Below are positions 36,127-44,807 of a stretch of 49,519 bases of DNA, in pieces (the first letter of the stretch is position 1; every line of letters starts with the position of its first letter). The stretch is from assembly GCA_028867115.1 (NCBI GenBank), contig JAGWGY010000002.1, positions 1-49,519 on the forward strand. The letters are read 5' to 3'. A program made the position numbers and the translations under genes. The stretch is from Candidatus Micrarchaeota archaeon (GTDB lineage: Archaea; Micrarchaeota; Micrarchaeia; Micrarchaeales; CABMGC01). The notes beneath the pieces are model-generated. The model saw only the letters and a program-made list of their open reading frames with translations, was not told the DNA's origin and searched no databases.

Positions 36127-36426
36127 TCAGGCAGTTGCTCCTTCCGATTTGAGAAGGAGCTTTTTCATTCTTGTCCCATAGGCGTAGCCTCCGATCTTTC
36201 TGCCTGATGCCACGACCCTATGGCACGGTATGATCAGCGGCAGGGGGTTCTTGTGCATTATATTCCCTACTGCCCTGTAAGCCCTCGGCCTGCCGCAACT
36301 CGCAGCGAGCTGTTTGTAGGAAACAGTCTTCCCTTTCGGGATATCAAAGGTCCTCATCAGGACCTTCGTCTCAAAATCAGTGAGATTGTAGCGCAAGAGT
36401 AGCGTTCTTACTCTCTCTTTGTCCAT
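36127..36426 (-). CDS. ogt: Methylated-DNA--protein-cysteine methyltransferase, DNA-binding/active-site domain only
   Basis: I trimmed the start to ATG 36426, giving about 99 aa. The active-site motif IPCHRVV is preceded by a helix-turn-helix (SYKQLAASCGRPRAYRAVGNIM). Confidence 0.75.
   Translation of the reverse strand: MDKERVRTLLLRYNLTDFETKVLMRTFDIPKGKTVSYKQLAASCGRPRAYRAVGNIMHKNPLPLIIPCHRVVASGRKIGGYAYGTRMKKLLLKSEGATA
36137..36165 (+). terminator. Hairpin plus T5 tract, intrinsic-terminator-like
   Basis: Perfect 8-bp stem gctccttc / gaaggagc with an 8-nt loop, followed by ttttt. It starts 11 nt after the stop of the 35845-36126 ORF and lies inside the 3' end of the convergent ogt gene. Confidence 0.3.
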
Positions 36427-36511
36427 GATTTTAATTGGGTGGGAAATTATAAAACAACGACACCGATACCCGTACAAAAAGCCTTAAAATCACCCTCTGC
36501 ATATCGCTATC

Positions 36512-37417
36512 ATGGCGCAGCAATACATCTGGCTCAATGGCAAATTCAAGAAGTTCGAGGAGGTGACAGTACACGTATTCACCCCCACGATACAATACGG
36601 CCTCGGCATTTTCGAGGGAATAAGGTGCTACCAGACAAAGAAGGGGGTGGCAGTGTTCAGGCTCAGGGAGCATGCAAAGAGGTTCATGGACAGCGCAAAG
36701 ATGTACAAGATGAAGCTTCGCGTCTCGCAAGAGGAGCTGGAAGAGGGAATAATTGAAACCGTGCGCAAGAACAAGATACAAAACGGCTACATCAGGCCAT
36801 TTGCGTTCTACGACAACGTGGTTATGGGTTTTTTCTATCCTGACGAGCAGATGAACGTTTCAATAACTGCGATAGAGTACGGCAACTACTTCCAAAACAA
36901 GGAGAAGGGGCTCAGATGCAAGGTCTCTTCATGGCGAAAGGCGAGCTCCGATGTACTGCCGCCGCAGGCTAAGGTGAGCGGCAATTATATCGCATCGTTC
37001 CTCTCAAGGCTAGATGCGCGAGACTCGGGGTACGACGAGGCGATACTGCTATCGGCAAACGGGCTTGTCGCAGAGGGGAGCGGGGAAAACATCTTCCTGG
37101 TTGAGGACAACAAGGTAATCACCCCCCAAAAGAGCGGCGATTTTCTGCTAGGGATAACCCGCGATTCGGCGATAAAGATACTTGAGAGCGCGGGGGTCGA
37201 GGTCGAGCAGAGGGGCGTGCACAGGGAAGAGCTCTACAAATGCGATGAACTATTCTTCACCGGCACTGCGGCGGAAGTAACTCCTGTGGTAAATGTCGAT
37301 GGGAGGACTATAGGGAATGGGAAGATCGGCCCAATAACAAGGATGGTCTCAGAGCGCTTTTCAAAGATAGTGTCTGGCGAAGACAAGCAGTTTGCAAAGT
37401 GGCTCACATACGTCTGA
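36512..37417 (+). CDS. ilvE: Branched-chain amino acid aminotransferase (fold type IV PLP enzyme)
   Basis: 301 aa. Contains FEGIRCY, the lysine context AKVSGNY, EGSGENIF and FFTGTAAEVTPV. Confidence 0.85.
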   Translation: MAQQYIWLNGKFKKFEEVTVHVFTPTIQYGLGIFEGIRCYQTKKGVAVFRLREHAKRFMDSAKMYKMKLRVSQEELEEGIIETVRKNKIQNGYIRPFAFYDNVVMGFFYPDEQMNVSITAIEYGNYFQNKEKGLRCKVSSWRKASSDVLPPQAKVSGNYIASFLSRLDARDSGYDEAILLSANGLVAEGSGENIFLVEDNKVITPQKSGDFLLGITRDSAIKILESAGVEVEQRGVHREELYKCDELFFTGTAAEVTPVVNVDGRTIGNGKIGPITRMVSERFSKIVSGEDKQFAKWLTYV

Positions 37418-37804
37418 TCAGAGCAGCTTGAGCGCCGCGGTCAGTTTGTCGATCTCCAACCCCTTCCATGGCCCTATCCCAAGCGCAGTCTTCGTGCCAG
37501 GGGGGAGCTGCGTCAGGCCTGCATCGGAGACAAGCGCGCAAGGGATGCCCTTGTATTCGAATGCCTTGTACAGCCTCTCCATCGATTCAACGCTGTCAAC
37601 CTTGAGTACAATCTTTTTCTGGCCAGATGCAAGCCACATTTCTGCTATCCTGCTCTCGATTCTAAGCGCCTCAAGGTAGCTAGAGACTGCGGCATGCCCC
37701 ACCTGCGCGGCAAGCTTGCCCTTTCCCATCTCTATGTCGGTGCGCACGATTATGACCTGCTTTATCTCTTCATCAAGCGACTTTGCCATGACGCAATTAA
37801 ACAA
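37418..37804 (-). CDS. pth2: Peptidyl-tRNA hydrolase, archaeal type (Pth2)
   Basis: 128 aa (alternative ATG at 37789). KQVIIVRTDIEMGKGKLAAQVGHAAV is characteristic of Pth2. Confidence 0.85.
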   Translation of the reverse strand: MFNCVMAKSLDEEIKQVIIVRTDIEMGKGKLAAQVGHAAVSSYLEALRIESRIAEMWLASGQKKIVLKVDSVESMERLYKAFEYKGIPCALVSDAGLTQLPPGTKTALGIGPWKGLEIDKLTAALKLL

Positions 37805-37847
37805 TCAACTCTTTTATTTGTGCTTGTGGCTCCCAAATCCGCAGATA

Positions 37848-37883
37848 GACAATCGTGGAACTGGGCGGCGACAATCGTGGAAC
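37848..37883. repeat. Two exact 14-bp direct repeats (gacaatcgtggaac) with 22-bp periodicity
   Basis: The copies are at 37848-37861 and 37870-37883. They lie in the pth2 / 37942-ORF divergent intergenic region, just upstream of a TATA-like box. Confidence 0.6.
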
Positions 37884-37903
37884 AAAAAATGACGACACAG
37901 TAA

Positions 37904-37915
37904 AACTTATAAAAC
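37904..37915 (+). promoter_or_regulatory. TATA-like box for the 37942 ORF
   Basis: aacttataaaac lies 27-38 nt upstream of ATG 37942. Confidence 0.35.
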
Positions 37916-37941
37916 CCCCAACAGGAATAAATCCGATTGAT

Positions 37942-38574
37942 ATGGATATATCCCTCAAGTCCGTAAACTCCACAGCCTTCAAGACAATCGTGAAGTCCGA
38001 GCCTGCGCCAACATTCCTAAGCGTCGAACAGCCGAAGAGGCTCAGCGAGATTTTTGCAGATTCCCCGCTGCACAGGAACCACCTGGATTTCAGGGGCAAG
38101 ACATCAAAGACGCACAAGATAAAGAACGATCATATAAATGTCGACCTGGTCGCAGAGGCATTGATATGGAGGACCGAGCTAATAAAACACTGGAATCAGC
38201 ATCCAACAAGCCCAGATGTCGACACCGTGGCATCAAAACCTACAGCAAAGAGGCTAACGCCAAGAGAAATCGGAATAGTTCCAGGGAGCATGATACAAAT
38301 CCCTCCAGAAATGGAAGTCATAAAGCAGCTCAAGCACGGCGATTATTCGCTCGAAGAGACTTATTCTGAAGCTGAGCAGTCGCTTATAACTCTAATCGGC
38401 ACGAGCCAGCCAAAGACGCTGAACTCCCTCCAAAGGATAAGGGAGCTGGCATCAAACGCGAATGTAGGGAAGTTCTGCCTTGAAAAGGTGGAGGAGATGG
38501 CGATGAGGGCGGCAAACTGGACGGCAGCAAAGGTCTTCCACAACGAGAGGATAAAGCGCATCCAGGGGCAGTAA
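37942..38574 (+). CDS. Hypothetical protein
   Basis: The track ORF starts at 37855. ATG 37942 fits the TATA spacing, giving about 210 aa. No family recognised. It lies 47 nt upstream of priS. Confidence 0.45.
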   Translation: MDISLKSVNSTAFKTIVKSEPAPTFLSVEQPKRLSEIFADSPLHRNHLDFRGKTSKTHKIKNDHINVDLVAEALIWRTELIKHWNQHPTSPDVDTVASKPTAKRLTPREIGIVPGSMIQIPPEMEVIKQLKHGDYSLEETYSEAEQSLITLIGTSQPKTLNSLQRIRELASNANVGKFCLEKVEEMAMRAANWTAAKVFHNERIKRIQGQ

Positions 38575-38621
38575 CCTCCGCATATTTTATATCCAGAATT
38601 CCTAATCCCTACTGTGAGGCA

Positions 38622-39797
38622 GTGTTCAATCCAAGGCAGTTGATATTGCGTCTGCTGGGGGACTACTACAAGGGCGCCGAGGATGTCGCCCCTACCAGAT
38701 TGGAGCAGAGGGAATTCGGGTTCGGGAACCTCGACATGAAGGTTGCGGGAAGGCACATAGGGTTCGAGAGCGAAAAGAAGTACAGGGAGTACCTCGTCAC
38801 AAACGCTCCCGCATTTGTCTCGTGCTCGCAGGCATTCTACAGGTACCCCGCAGCAAGGCCCATGGAGAAGAAGGAGCCCACAGGCGCGGAGCTGGTATTC
38901 GATATCGACGCAACGGACATGAACCTCGACTGCCAGCAGGTCCACGGTAAGAAGTGGGTGTGCAGCAACTGCTTTGATAAGACAAAGCAGGAGGTGCAGA
39001 AACTGGTCGAGGACTTCCTGGTCCCCGACTTCGGATTTTCCGAGAAGGAGATAGAGATAAATTTCAGCGGCAACCGCGGTTACCACCTGCACATAGAATC
39101 AGAAAAGGTGCTCCAGCTCGACAACTTCGCAAGAAGGCAGGTCAGCGAGTACATCGCAGGCACAGGAATCGACTTTGAGGAGTTCTTCCCGATGGTGGGC
39201 GTCGAGGGGACAAGGCTCAAGAAGCTCATGGGCCCAAAGCCTACGGACAAGGGATGGCAGGGGAAGATAGCAAACAACTTCCTCAGGGCGCTAAACACTG
39301 GCGTAGGGACGCTGATGGAGTTCGGCATGACAAAGCAGGAAGCATCGCAGCTCTTCAAGAAGCGCGCCCTGGTAGAGATGGGGATAAGGAACGGCAACTG
39401 GGACATGGCGTACATCAAGAAGAAGGACGAGTTCTGGCGCAAGGTTATGAAGGCTCAATCGATAATGCAGAGCGACAAGATAGACAAGAACGTGACAAGC
39501 GACATGACTCATCTTCTCAGGGTGCCGAACACAATACACGGAGAGACCGGGCTGATTGCAAAGAAGGTGGGGCACAAATCCGCCCTTGAGAAGTTCAATC
39601 CTATGAAGGAGGCGATAGCGTTCAAGAAGGGGGAGGCAAAGGTGAGCGTAACGAATTCCCCGGAGCTAACAATCAACGGCAAGACGTTTGGCCCATACAG
39701 CGCCGAGGATGCGGTGCTTCCAATGTATGCCGCAGTGTACCTGTACCTGAAGGGGGTCGCAACGATCAAAGGATACAGGATCAGGTCGGAAAAATAG
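38622..39797 (+). CDS. priS: DNA primase small (catalytic) subunit PriS
   Basis: 391 aa with a GTG start. Catalytic motifs are LVFDIDATD, SGNRGYHLH and LLRVPNTIHGETG. A Zn-knuckle is present (CQQVHGKKWVCSNC). Confidence 0.85.
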   Translation: MFNPRQLILRLLGDYYKGAEDVAPTRLEQREFGFGNLDMKVAGRHIGFESEKKYREYLVTNAPAFVSCSQAFYRYPAARPMEKKEPTGAELVFDIDATDMNLDCQQVHGKKWVCSNCFDKTKQEVQKLVEDFLVPDFGFSEKEIEINFSGNRGYHLHIESEKVLQLDNFARRQVSEYIAGTGIDFEEFFPMVGVEGTRLKKLMGPKPTDKGWQGKIANNFLRALNTGVGTLMEFGMTKQEASQLFKKRALVEMGIRNGNWDMAYIKKKDEFWRKVMKAQSIMQSDKIDKNVTSDMTHLLRVPNTIHGETGLIAKKVGHKSALEKFNPMKEAIAFKKGEAKVSVTNSPELTINGKTFGPYSAEDAVLPMYAAVYLYLKGVATIKGYRIRSEK

Positions 39798-39862
39798 CGT
39801 CACGAAACGATTTTGCAGATCAGCTATATAAACCGCAAAAGCGCATTTTACTCGGGGATAAT

Positions 39863-40282
39863 ATGCGATTGAAGGTCCTTAACGAGAAGAAGGATTACCG
39901 AGAGGAAGAGTCTGAGGCAAAGCTCAGCAAGTTCCGCAGCGGACTTGAGGCCGCAAGCGCCGCACTCTCCACGGATTCGGGCGCAGAGCTGATAAAGACC
40001 TGGTCGCCTGAGGATGCGAAGGAACGGATGAGGATGAATGCGTTCAACTGCAAGAGCATCCTGGAGGAATCGAAGAAGGTCGCAGAAGAGATCTCAGACG
40101 AGCAATTCCCAAACAAGAAGGACGTACTAAAGGAGATAAACGGGGCGATGCAGGTGCTTGATTCCTACCTCATGGACGGAAGGCAGCCGCTCAGCGCAGC
40201 CGATGTTGCGTCAAACCAGAAGGTGACAGAGGCAACAAATTACCTCTCAGAAGCGCTCAAGTCGATGGACCCAAAGGAGTGA
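39863..40282 (+). CDS. Hypothetical helical protein
   Basis: 139-aa ORF, charged and helical. No family recognised. Confidence 0.45.
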   Translation: MRLKVLNEKKDYREEESEAKLSKFRSGLEAASAALSTDSGAELIKTWSPEDAKERMRMNAFNCKSILEESKKVAEEISDEQFPNKKDVLKEINGAMQVLDSYLMDGRQPLSAADVASNQKVTEATNYLSEALKSMDPKE

Positions 40283-40373
40283 GCGCGCTTCCGCTATTGG
40301 GAACCCTTTTATAATCTTTCGATGCAATGTATGTGTATTTCTAATCACTAGAATATTTCATCGGTGCTTTTTA

Positions 40374-40952
40374 ATGGGCGCTTACAAATACATCAAGCAG
40401 AGCATGGAGCAGAGCTACAAGGAGCGAAGCACGGTGCTGAAGAACAGGATATCCGAGTGGAGAAGGGAGGGCGCAATAGTGAGGGCGCAGGTCCCGACCA
40501 ACGTCGCAAGGGCTAGAGAGCTCGGCTACAAGGCAAAGCCAGGCGTCATAATCGTAAGGGTGAAGGTTTCGAAGGGTCTCAGCAAGAGGCAGAAGCCAGT
40601 CAGAGGAAGAAAGCCGTCAAAGTACGGCAGGTTTTATGCGTATGCAAAGTCGCTGCAGTCAAGGGCAGAGGAGCGCGCAGCAAGAAAATTCGACAACTGC
40701 GAGGTAGTCAACTCATACTACGTTGGCGAGGACGGCGAGTACAAGTTCTTCGAGACGATACTCGTCGACCGAAACAACAAGATCATCACAAGCGACCCTG
40801 ACTACGCGAACCTCATTGCAAACAAGAGCCGCGCATTCCGCGGGCTGTCAAGCTCAGGCAGAAGGCACCGTGGCATAATCAGGAAGGGCACCGGCACGTC
40901 GCTGAGCAGGCCGAGCGTGAGGGCTGCGAGAAGGCACATCTTCAGGCAGTAG
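40374..40952 (+). CDS. rpl15e: Ribosomal protein L15e (eL15)
   Basis: 192 aa. MGAYKYIKQ...PTNVARARELGYKAKPGVIIVRVKV is typical of eL15. Confidence 0.95.
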   Translation: MGAYKYIKQSMEQSYKERSTVLKNRISEWRREGAIVRAQVPTNVARARELGYKAKPGVIIVRVKVSKGLSKRQKPVRGRKPSKYGRFYAYAKSLQSRAEERAARKFDNCEVVNSYYVGEDGEYKFFETILVDRNNKIITSDPDYANLIANKSRAFRGLSSSGRRHRGIIRKGTGTSLSRPSVRAARRHIFRQ

Positions 40953-40954
40953 GC

Positions 40955-41266
40955 ATGCGGGCCACTATTTTTGTGAGCGGCAAGATACAGGGTGTCGGAT
41001 TCAGGAATTTCGTTCGCATTACTGCGAAGTACACCTCAATCAAAGGGGTAGTCCGGAACCTTAAGGATGGGAGGGTGGAGATCTTTGCAGAGGGCACAGA
41101 AGAGGGCATAAGCAAGATGGTGTCAATCTTCAAGGAGAACATCGGGATCACCGTCCCAGCAAGGATTGACGATATCGAGGTGCACGAAGAGGGGAGCGCA
41201 GGATACCGCGGCGCATGGAAGGATTTTAGGGACAAGTTCCTTATAGATGAGAGATGGGGCGATTGA
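40955..41266 (+). CDS. acyP: Acylphosphatase
   Basis: 103 aa. The signature VSGKIQGVGFRNFV is present. Confidence 0.85.
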   Translation: MRATIFVSGKIQGVGFRNFVRITAKYTSIKGVVRNLKDGRVEIFAEGTEEGISKMVSIFKENIGITVPARIDDIEVHEEGSAGYRGAWKDFRDKFLIDERWGD

Positions 41267-41287
41267 ACGTACCACGCTGAGCTTACT

Positions 41288-41503
41288 ATGGATCTTGGGG
41301 AGAGGGCAAAGGACTATTTTGCAGTGATGGACAAGAAGCTGAGCTACAAGAGGAGCAGCGTCGCCATAAAAAGGAGGGGGCAAGAAATAATCGTCGCGAT
41401 AGAGGCAAAAGACCCTATCGCGCTCGTAGCGTCCCTCAACAGCGTGATAAAACAAGTCAGGATAATAGGCAACGCAGAGCAGCTTGCAGAAAAAATCGGC
41501 TGA
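41288..41503 (+). CDS. pcc1: KEOPS complex subunit Pcc1-like
   Basis: 71 aa. RSSVAIKRRGQEIIVAIEAKDPIALVASLNSVIKQVRII aligns by eye with the Pcc1 pattern RSxIxFKxxGxxIILxIxAxDxxALRxxxNSYLRWI. Confidence 0.55.
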   Translation: MDLGERAKDYFAVMDKKLSYKRSSVAIKRRGQEIIVAIEAKDPIALVASLNSVIKQVRIIGNAEQLAEKIG

Positions 41504-41653
41504 TTTTGGACCACTGTTTCCCGTGCGGGCAGCAGATTCCTGAACTTCCACTACTAACGATATCCTTATAAATATAAGTCGGCTAATTACATTCGTTACT
41601 CTTAGTTAAGCTGCTCCACTTTCCAAGTTTTGCAGTCATAAAAGGTTTTTACC

Positions 41654-42622
41654 GTGAGAAGAGGCTCTATGGAATACTGGCCCCACAGGAGGGCCAAGAA
41701 GGTAATGCCCAGGATTCGATCCTGGCCTAGCGCAGCAGAGCCATCGTTCCTCGGTCTTGTCGCATTCAAGGCAGGCATGACCCACGTCGGCATGATGGAC
41801 GACAGCGAGTCATCGACAAAGGGCAGCGAGATAATAAGGCCAGCGACAGTCCTCGAGATCCCAAGGGTTTACATATACGGGCTCAGGCTCTATTCAAAGA
41901 AGCAGTACGAGGCGCCTGCAAAGGATTTCTACTCAAAGGAGCTTGCCGCAAAGGTGGGCATAAAGAAGACGGAGAACACCGCAGAAAAGCTTGCAGAGGC
42001 AAAGAAGGACCTCTCAAAGTACACCGATGTGGGCGCTCTTGCTTTCCTCGACGCGACGAACCTCGATTTTGGGAACAAAAGGTGGATGAGATTCGAGCTC
42101 GAGGTCGGCGGGAAAGACCTCAACGAGAAGGTTGCATTCATAGAGCAGTGGCTAGGAAAGGAAGTGAAGATAAAAGACTTCATAAACGATGGTGATTACA
42201 TTGACGTCAAAGCGGTATCAAAAGGAAAGGGATGGGCCGGCGTCATAAAGAGATACGGGGTCGCAAGGCTGATGAGGAAGGCGACGCAGAAGATCAGGCA
42301 CACAGGTACCATGGGAGCGTGGCACCCGCCTAAGGTGCTCTACACCATCCCTCAGGCAGGGCACATGGGATTCAACTACAGAACAGAGCTAAACAAGCGC
42401 GTGCTGAAGGTCGGCGCATCAAGCGAGGCAGGCACGATAAACGTGAAGGGCGGATACCTAAGGTACGGCAACCTGAAGAACGATTTCATACTTCTAGACG
42501 GATCAATTCCTGGAGTTGCGAAGAGGCTGGTGAGGCTGCGCAAGGCGATAAGAAACAAGAGCGCAATCAAGAAGCCTCAGCTGACGTACATCTCGGTCGA
42601 GTCTAAGCAGGGTGCATCATGA
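41654..42622 (+). CDS. rpl3: Ribosomal protein L3 (uL3)
   Basis: 322 aa with a GTG start. RRGSMEYWPHRRAK and FKAGMTHV are typical of archaeal uL3. Confidence 0.95.
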   Translation: MRRGSMEYWPHRRAKKVMPRIRSWPSAAEPSFLGLVAFKAGMTHVGMMDDSESSTKGSEIIRPATVLEIPRVYIYGLRLYSKKQYEAPAKDFYSKELAAKVGIKKTENTAEKLAEAKKDLSKYTDVGALAFLDATNLDFGNKRWMRFELEVGGKDLNEKVAFIEQWLGKEVKIKDFINDGDYIDVKAVSKGKGWAGVIKRYGVARLMRKATQKIRHTGTMGAWHPPKVLYTIPQAGHMGFNYRTELNKRVLKVGASSEAGTINVKGGYLRYGNLKNDFILLDGSIPGVAKRLVRLRKAIRNKSAIKKPQLTYISVESKQGAS

Positions 42623-43419
42623 TGGAAACAAACCTCTACCAGCTTGACGGCAAAATCGAGAAGAAGATCGCCCTGCCAGAAGCATTCACAAAGAGATTCA
42701 GAGAGGACCTGGTAAGGAGGGCGATACTAGCAGAGCAGTCTATGCGATACCAACCTCAGGCGCACTACATCAGCGCAGGTATGCAGACGAGCGCAATGTA
42801 CATAGGAGAATATTCAACCTGGAGAACGGGGAGGCACATGGGAACCGCAATAAGGCCAAGGCAGAAGCTTGCAGGCGGGGCCCAGGGAGACGTAAGAAAG
42901 ATCCCTAGCTCGACTAAGGGAAGGAGGGCGCACCCGCACAGGGTTGAGAAGATACTTGTCGAGAGGATTAACGTGCAGGAGTACCGCAAGGCGCTCGAAT
43001 CCGCACTATCCGGAACGGCAAACCAGGAGCTTGTTTCGAAGAGGAACACCCCAAAGCTCAGCACCATCCCTATAGTGATGGACAACAAGATCGAGTCGGT
43101 CGCAAAGACTACGGATCTTATGAAGATACTAAAAGTGGTCGGAGTCGAGAGCGACATAGAGAAGTCACACGACCCAAAGCTCAAGAAGGGGCTCCGAAGG
43201 TCCGCAAAGAGAAGGATATTCAGAAAGTCAGTACTCATAGTCGTAAATGAGAATTCAAAGGTCGAGAAGGCCGGAAGGAACATCCCTGGAGTTGATGTGA
43301 GGAGCGTAAAGTCGCTCACCGTCGAGGCGATCGCGCCAGGAGCAATCCCCAGGATAACGGTGTGGAGCCAGTCTGCGCTCGAATCCGTCCAGGAAGCAGT
43401 AAAGAACGCAAAGCTGTGA
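42619..43419 (+). CDS. rpl4: Ribosomal protein L4 (uL4)
   Basis: 266 aa. ATGA overlap with rpl3. Operon position and archaeal uL4-like sequence (GRRAHPH). Confidence 0.9.
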   Translation: MMETNLYQLDGKIEKKIALPEAFTKRFREDLVRRAILAEQSMRYQPQAHYISAGMQTSAMYIGEYSTWRTGRHMGTAIRPRQKLAGGAQGDVRKIPSSTKGRRAHPHRVEKILVERINVQEYRKALESALSGTANQELVSKRNTPKLSTIPIVMDNKIESVAKTTDLMKILKVVGVESDIEKSHDPKLKKGLRRSAKRRIFRKSVLIVVNENSKVEKAGRNIPGVDVRSVKSLTVEAIAPGAIPRITVWSQSALESVQEAVKNAKL

Positions 43420-43424
43420 TAATC

Positions 43425-43676
43425 ATGACATCATTAATGTACCCGATAGCAACAGAAAAGGCAATAAACATGATCGAGAAGGATAACATAATAGAGTACA
43501 TTGTCGACTCGAGGTCAACAAAGACGGAGATAAAGAAGGATTTCGAGAAGCGCTTCAACGTGAAGGTGAGCAGCATAGCAACAGCCCGCACGCCCAGGAA
43601 TTCAAAGAAGGCTTTCATAAAGCTCGCAAAAGAGTTCAAGGCAAGCGACATAGCGCTCAAGCTCAAGCTCGTATAA
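43425..43676 (+). CDS. rpl23: Ribosomal protein L23 (uL23)
   Basis: I trimmed the start to ATG 43425 because the track ORF from 43362 overlaps rpl4. 83 aa, with IKKDFEKRFNVKV typical of uL23. Confidence 0.9.
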   Translation: MTSLMYPIATEKAINMIEKDNIIEYIVDSRSTKTEIKKDFEKRFNVKVSSIATARTPRNSKKAFIKLAKEFKASDIALKLKLV

Positions 43677-43696
43677 TGATAAAACAGGTATGAATA

Positions 43697-44416
43697 ATGG
43701 GAAAGCGACTCAAAATGCAAAGGCGCGGAAAGGGCAGCAACGTATTCATCAAGCCGCCAAACCGCTTCAAGGCCGACGTAACGTTCGGGCCGATAATCCA
43801 GAGCGGAAAGATATTCGCAGAGGTAATCGAATTCATAGACGACCCTGGGCACACCGCCCCGCTGATGAGGGTAAAGTACGATGACATGCACGAGAACGTC
43901 TTCATCGCGCCTGAAGGAATCCGTGTGGGTGATAGGATCCAGATGGGCCCAGAGGCTTCGGTTGGCATAGGGAACATCACACGCATAGGGGGCATACCCG
44001 AGGGTCTTCCGATATACAACATCGAGCGCATTCCAGGAGACGGCGGGAAGTTCGTACGCTCTGCAGGAAGCTTCGCAACAATAGTCGGTCATACTGAAAA
44101 AACTACAACAATAATGATGCCATCCAAGCACGCAGTCGAGCTCAGCAACAACTGCAGGGCGGAGATAGGGATTGCGGCAGGAGGCGGAATGGAGATGCTT
44201 CCAATAATGAAGGCAGGAAAGGCGCACTACATAAAGCACGCGACAAACGCAAAGTGGCCTGTCAACAGGGGAGTAAAGAGCAACCCTGTGGACCACCCGT
44301 TCGGCGGAAAGCAGCACCACAAGGGAGCGTCGTCCATGACATCGAGGAACGCGCCGCCTGGAGCAAAGGTCGGGCACATCGCCGCAAGGAGGGTTGGAAG
44401 GAAGAAGAGAGGTTGA
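43697..44416 (+). CDS. rpl2: Ribosomal protein L2 (uL2)
   Basis: 239 aa. Contains GKRLKMQRRGKGS and VDHPFGGKQHHKG. Confidence 0.95.
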   Translation: MGKRLKMQRRGKGSNVFIKPPNRFKADVTFGPIIQSGKIFAEVIEFIDDPGHTAPLMRVKYDDMHENVFIAPEGIRVGDRIQMGPEASVGIGNITRIGGIPEGLPIYNIERIPGDGGKFVRSAGSFATIVGHTEKTTTIMMPSKHAVELSNNCRAEIGIAAGGGMEMLPIMKAGKAHYIKHATNAKWPVNRGVKSNPVDHPFGGKQHHKGASSMTSRNAPPGAKVGHIAARRVGRKKRG

Positions 44417-44420
44417 TTGA

Positions 44421-44807
44421 ATGGCACGAGTTTACACTTACAGAGGAATGACAATCGAGGATCTCCAGAAGCTGAGCGTCGAGGACTTCACAAAGCTGCT
44501 CGACTCAAGGCAGAGGAGGGCGATAAACAGGATGGGCGTCGACTACAAGAAGCTTCTCGAGAAGGTCGAGAGGGCCAAGAAGAGCGGCAAGGTGGTCAAG
44601 ACGCAGGTAAGAGAGGCAGTAATTCTTCCATCGTGGATAGGGATGCAGTTCTCGGTCCACAACGGGAAGGAGTTCAAGCAGGTCGAACTGAGGCCTGAGA
44701 TGCTGGGCCACAGGCTCGGCGAGTTCTTCTTCTCAACAAAGAGGGTCCTGCACAGCGCTCCTGGTATCAGGGCAACAAGAGGTAGCAAGTTCCTTGCGGT
44801 GAAGTGA
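44421..44807 (+). CDS. rps19: Ribosomal protein S19 (uS19)
   Basis: 128 aa. GMQFSVHNGKEF and GEFFFSTKRVLH. A GAGGT Shine-Dalgarno-like sequence lies upstream. Confidence 0.95.
   Translation: MARVYTYRGMTIEDLQKLSVEDFTKLLDSRQRRAINRMGVDYKKLLEKVERAKKSGKVVKTQVREAVILPSWIGMQFSVHNGKEFKQVELRPEMLGHRLGEFFFSTKRVLHSAPGIRATRGSKFLAVK

Noticed and set aside
38361-39092. 243-aa minus-strand ORF
   Set aside because: It is antisense to the 3' end of the 37942 ORF and the conserved catalytic core of priS. The composition is Leu/Val/Cys-rich and unprotein-like.
43316-44377. 353-aa minus-strand ORF, one of the longest in the track
   Set aside because: It is entirely antisense to the highly conserved rpl23 and rpl2 genes. 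It has a Cys/Tyr/Arg/Val-rich composition and no recognisable motifs. It is a shadow ORF of a codon-biased gene.
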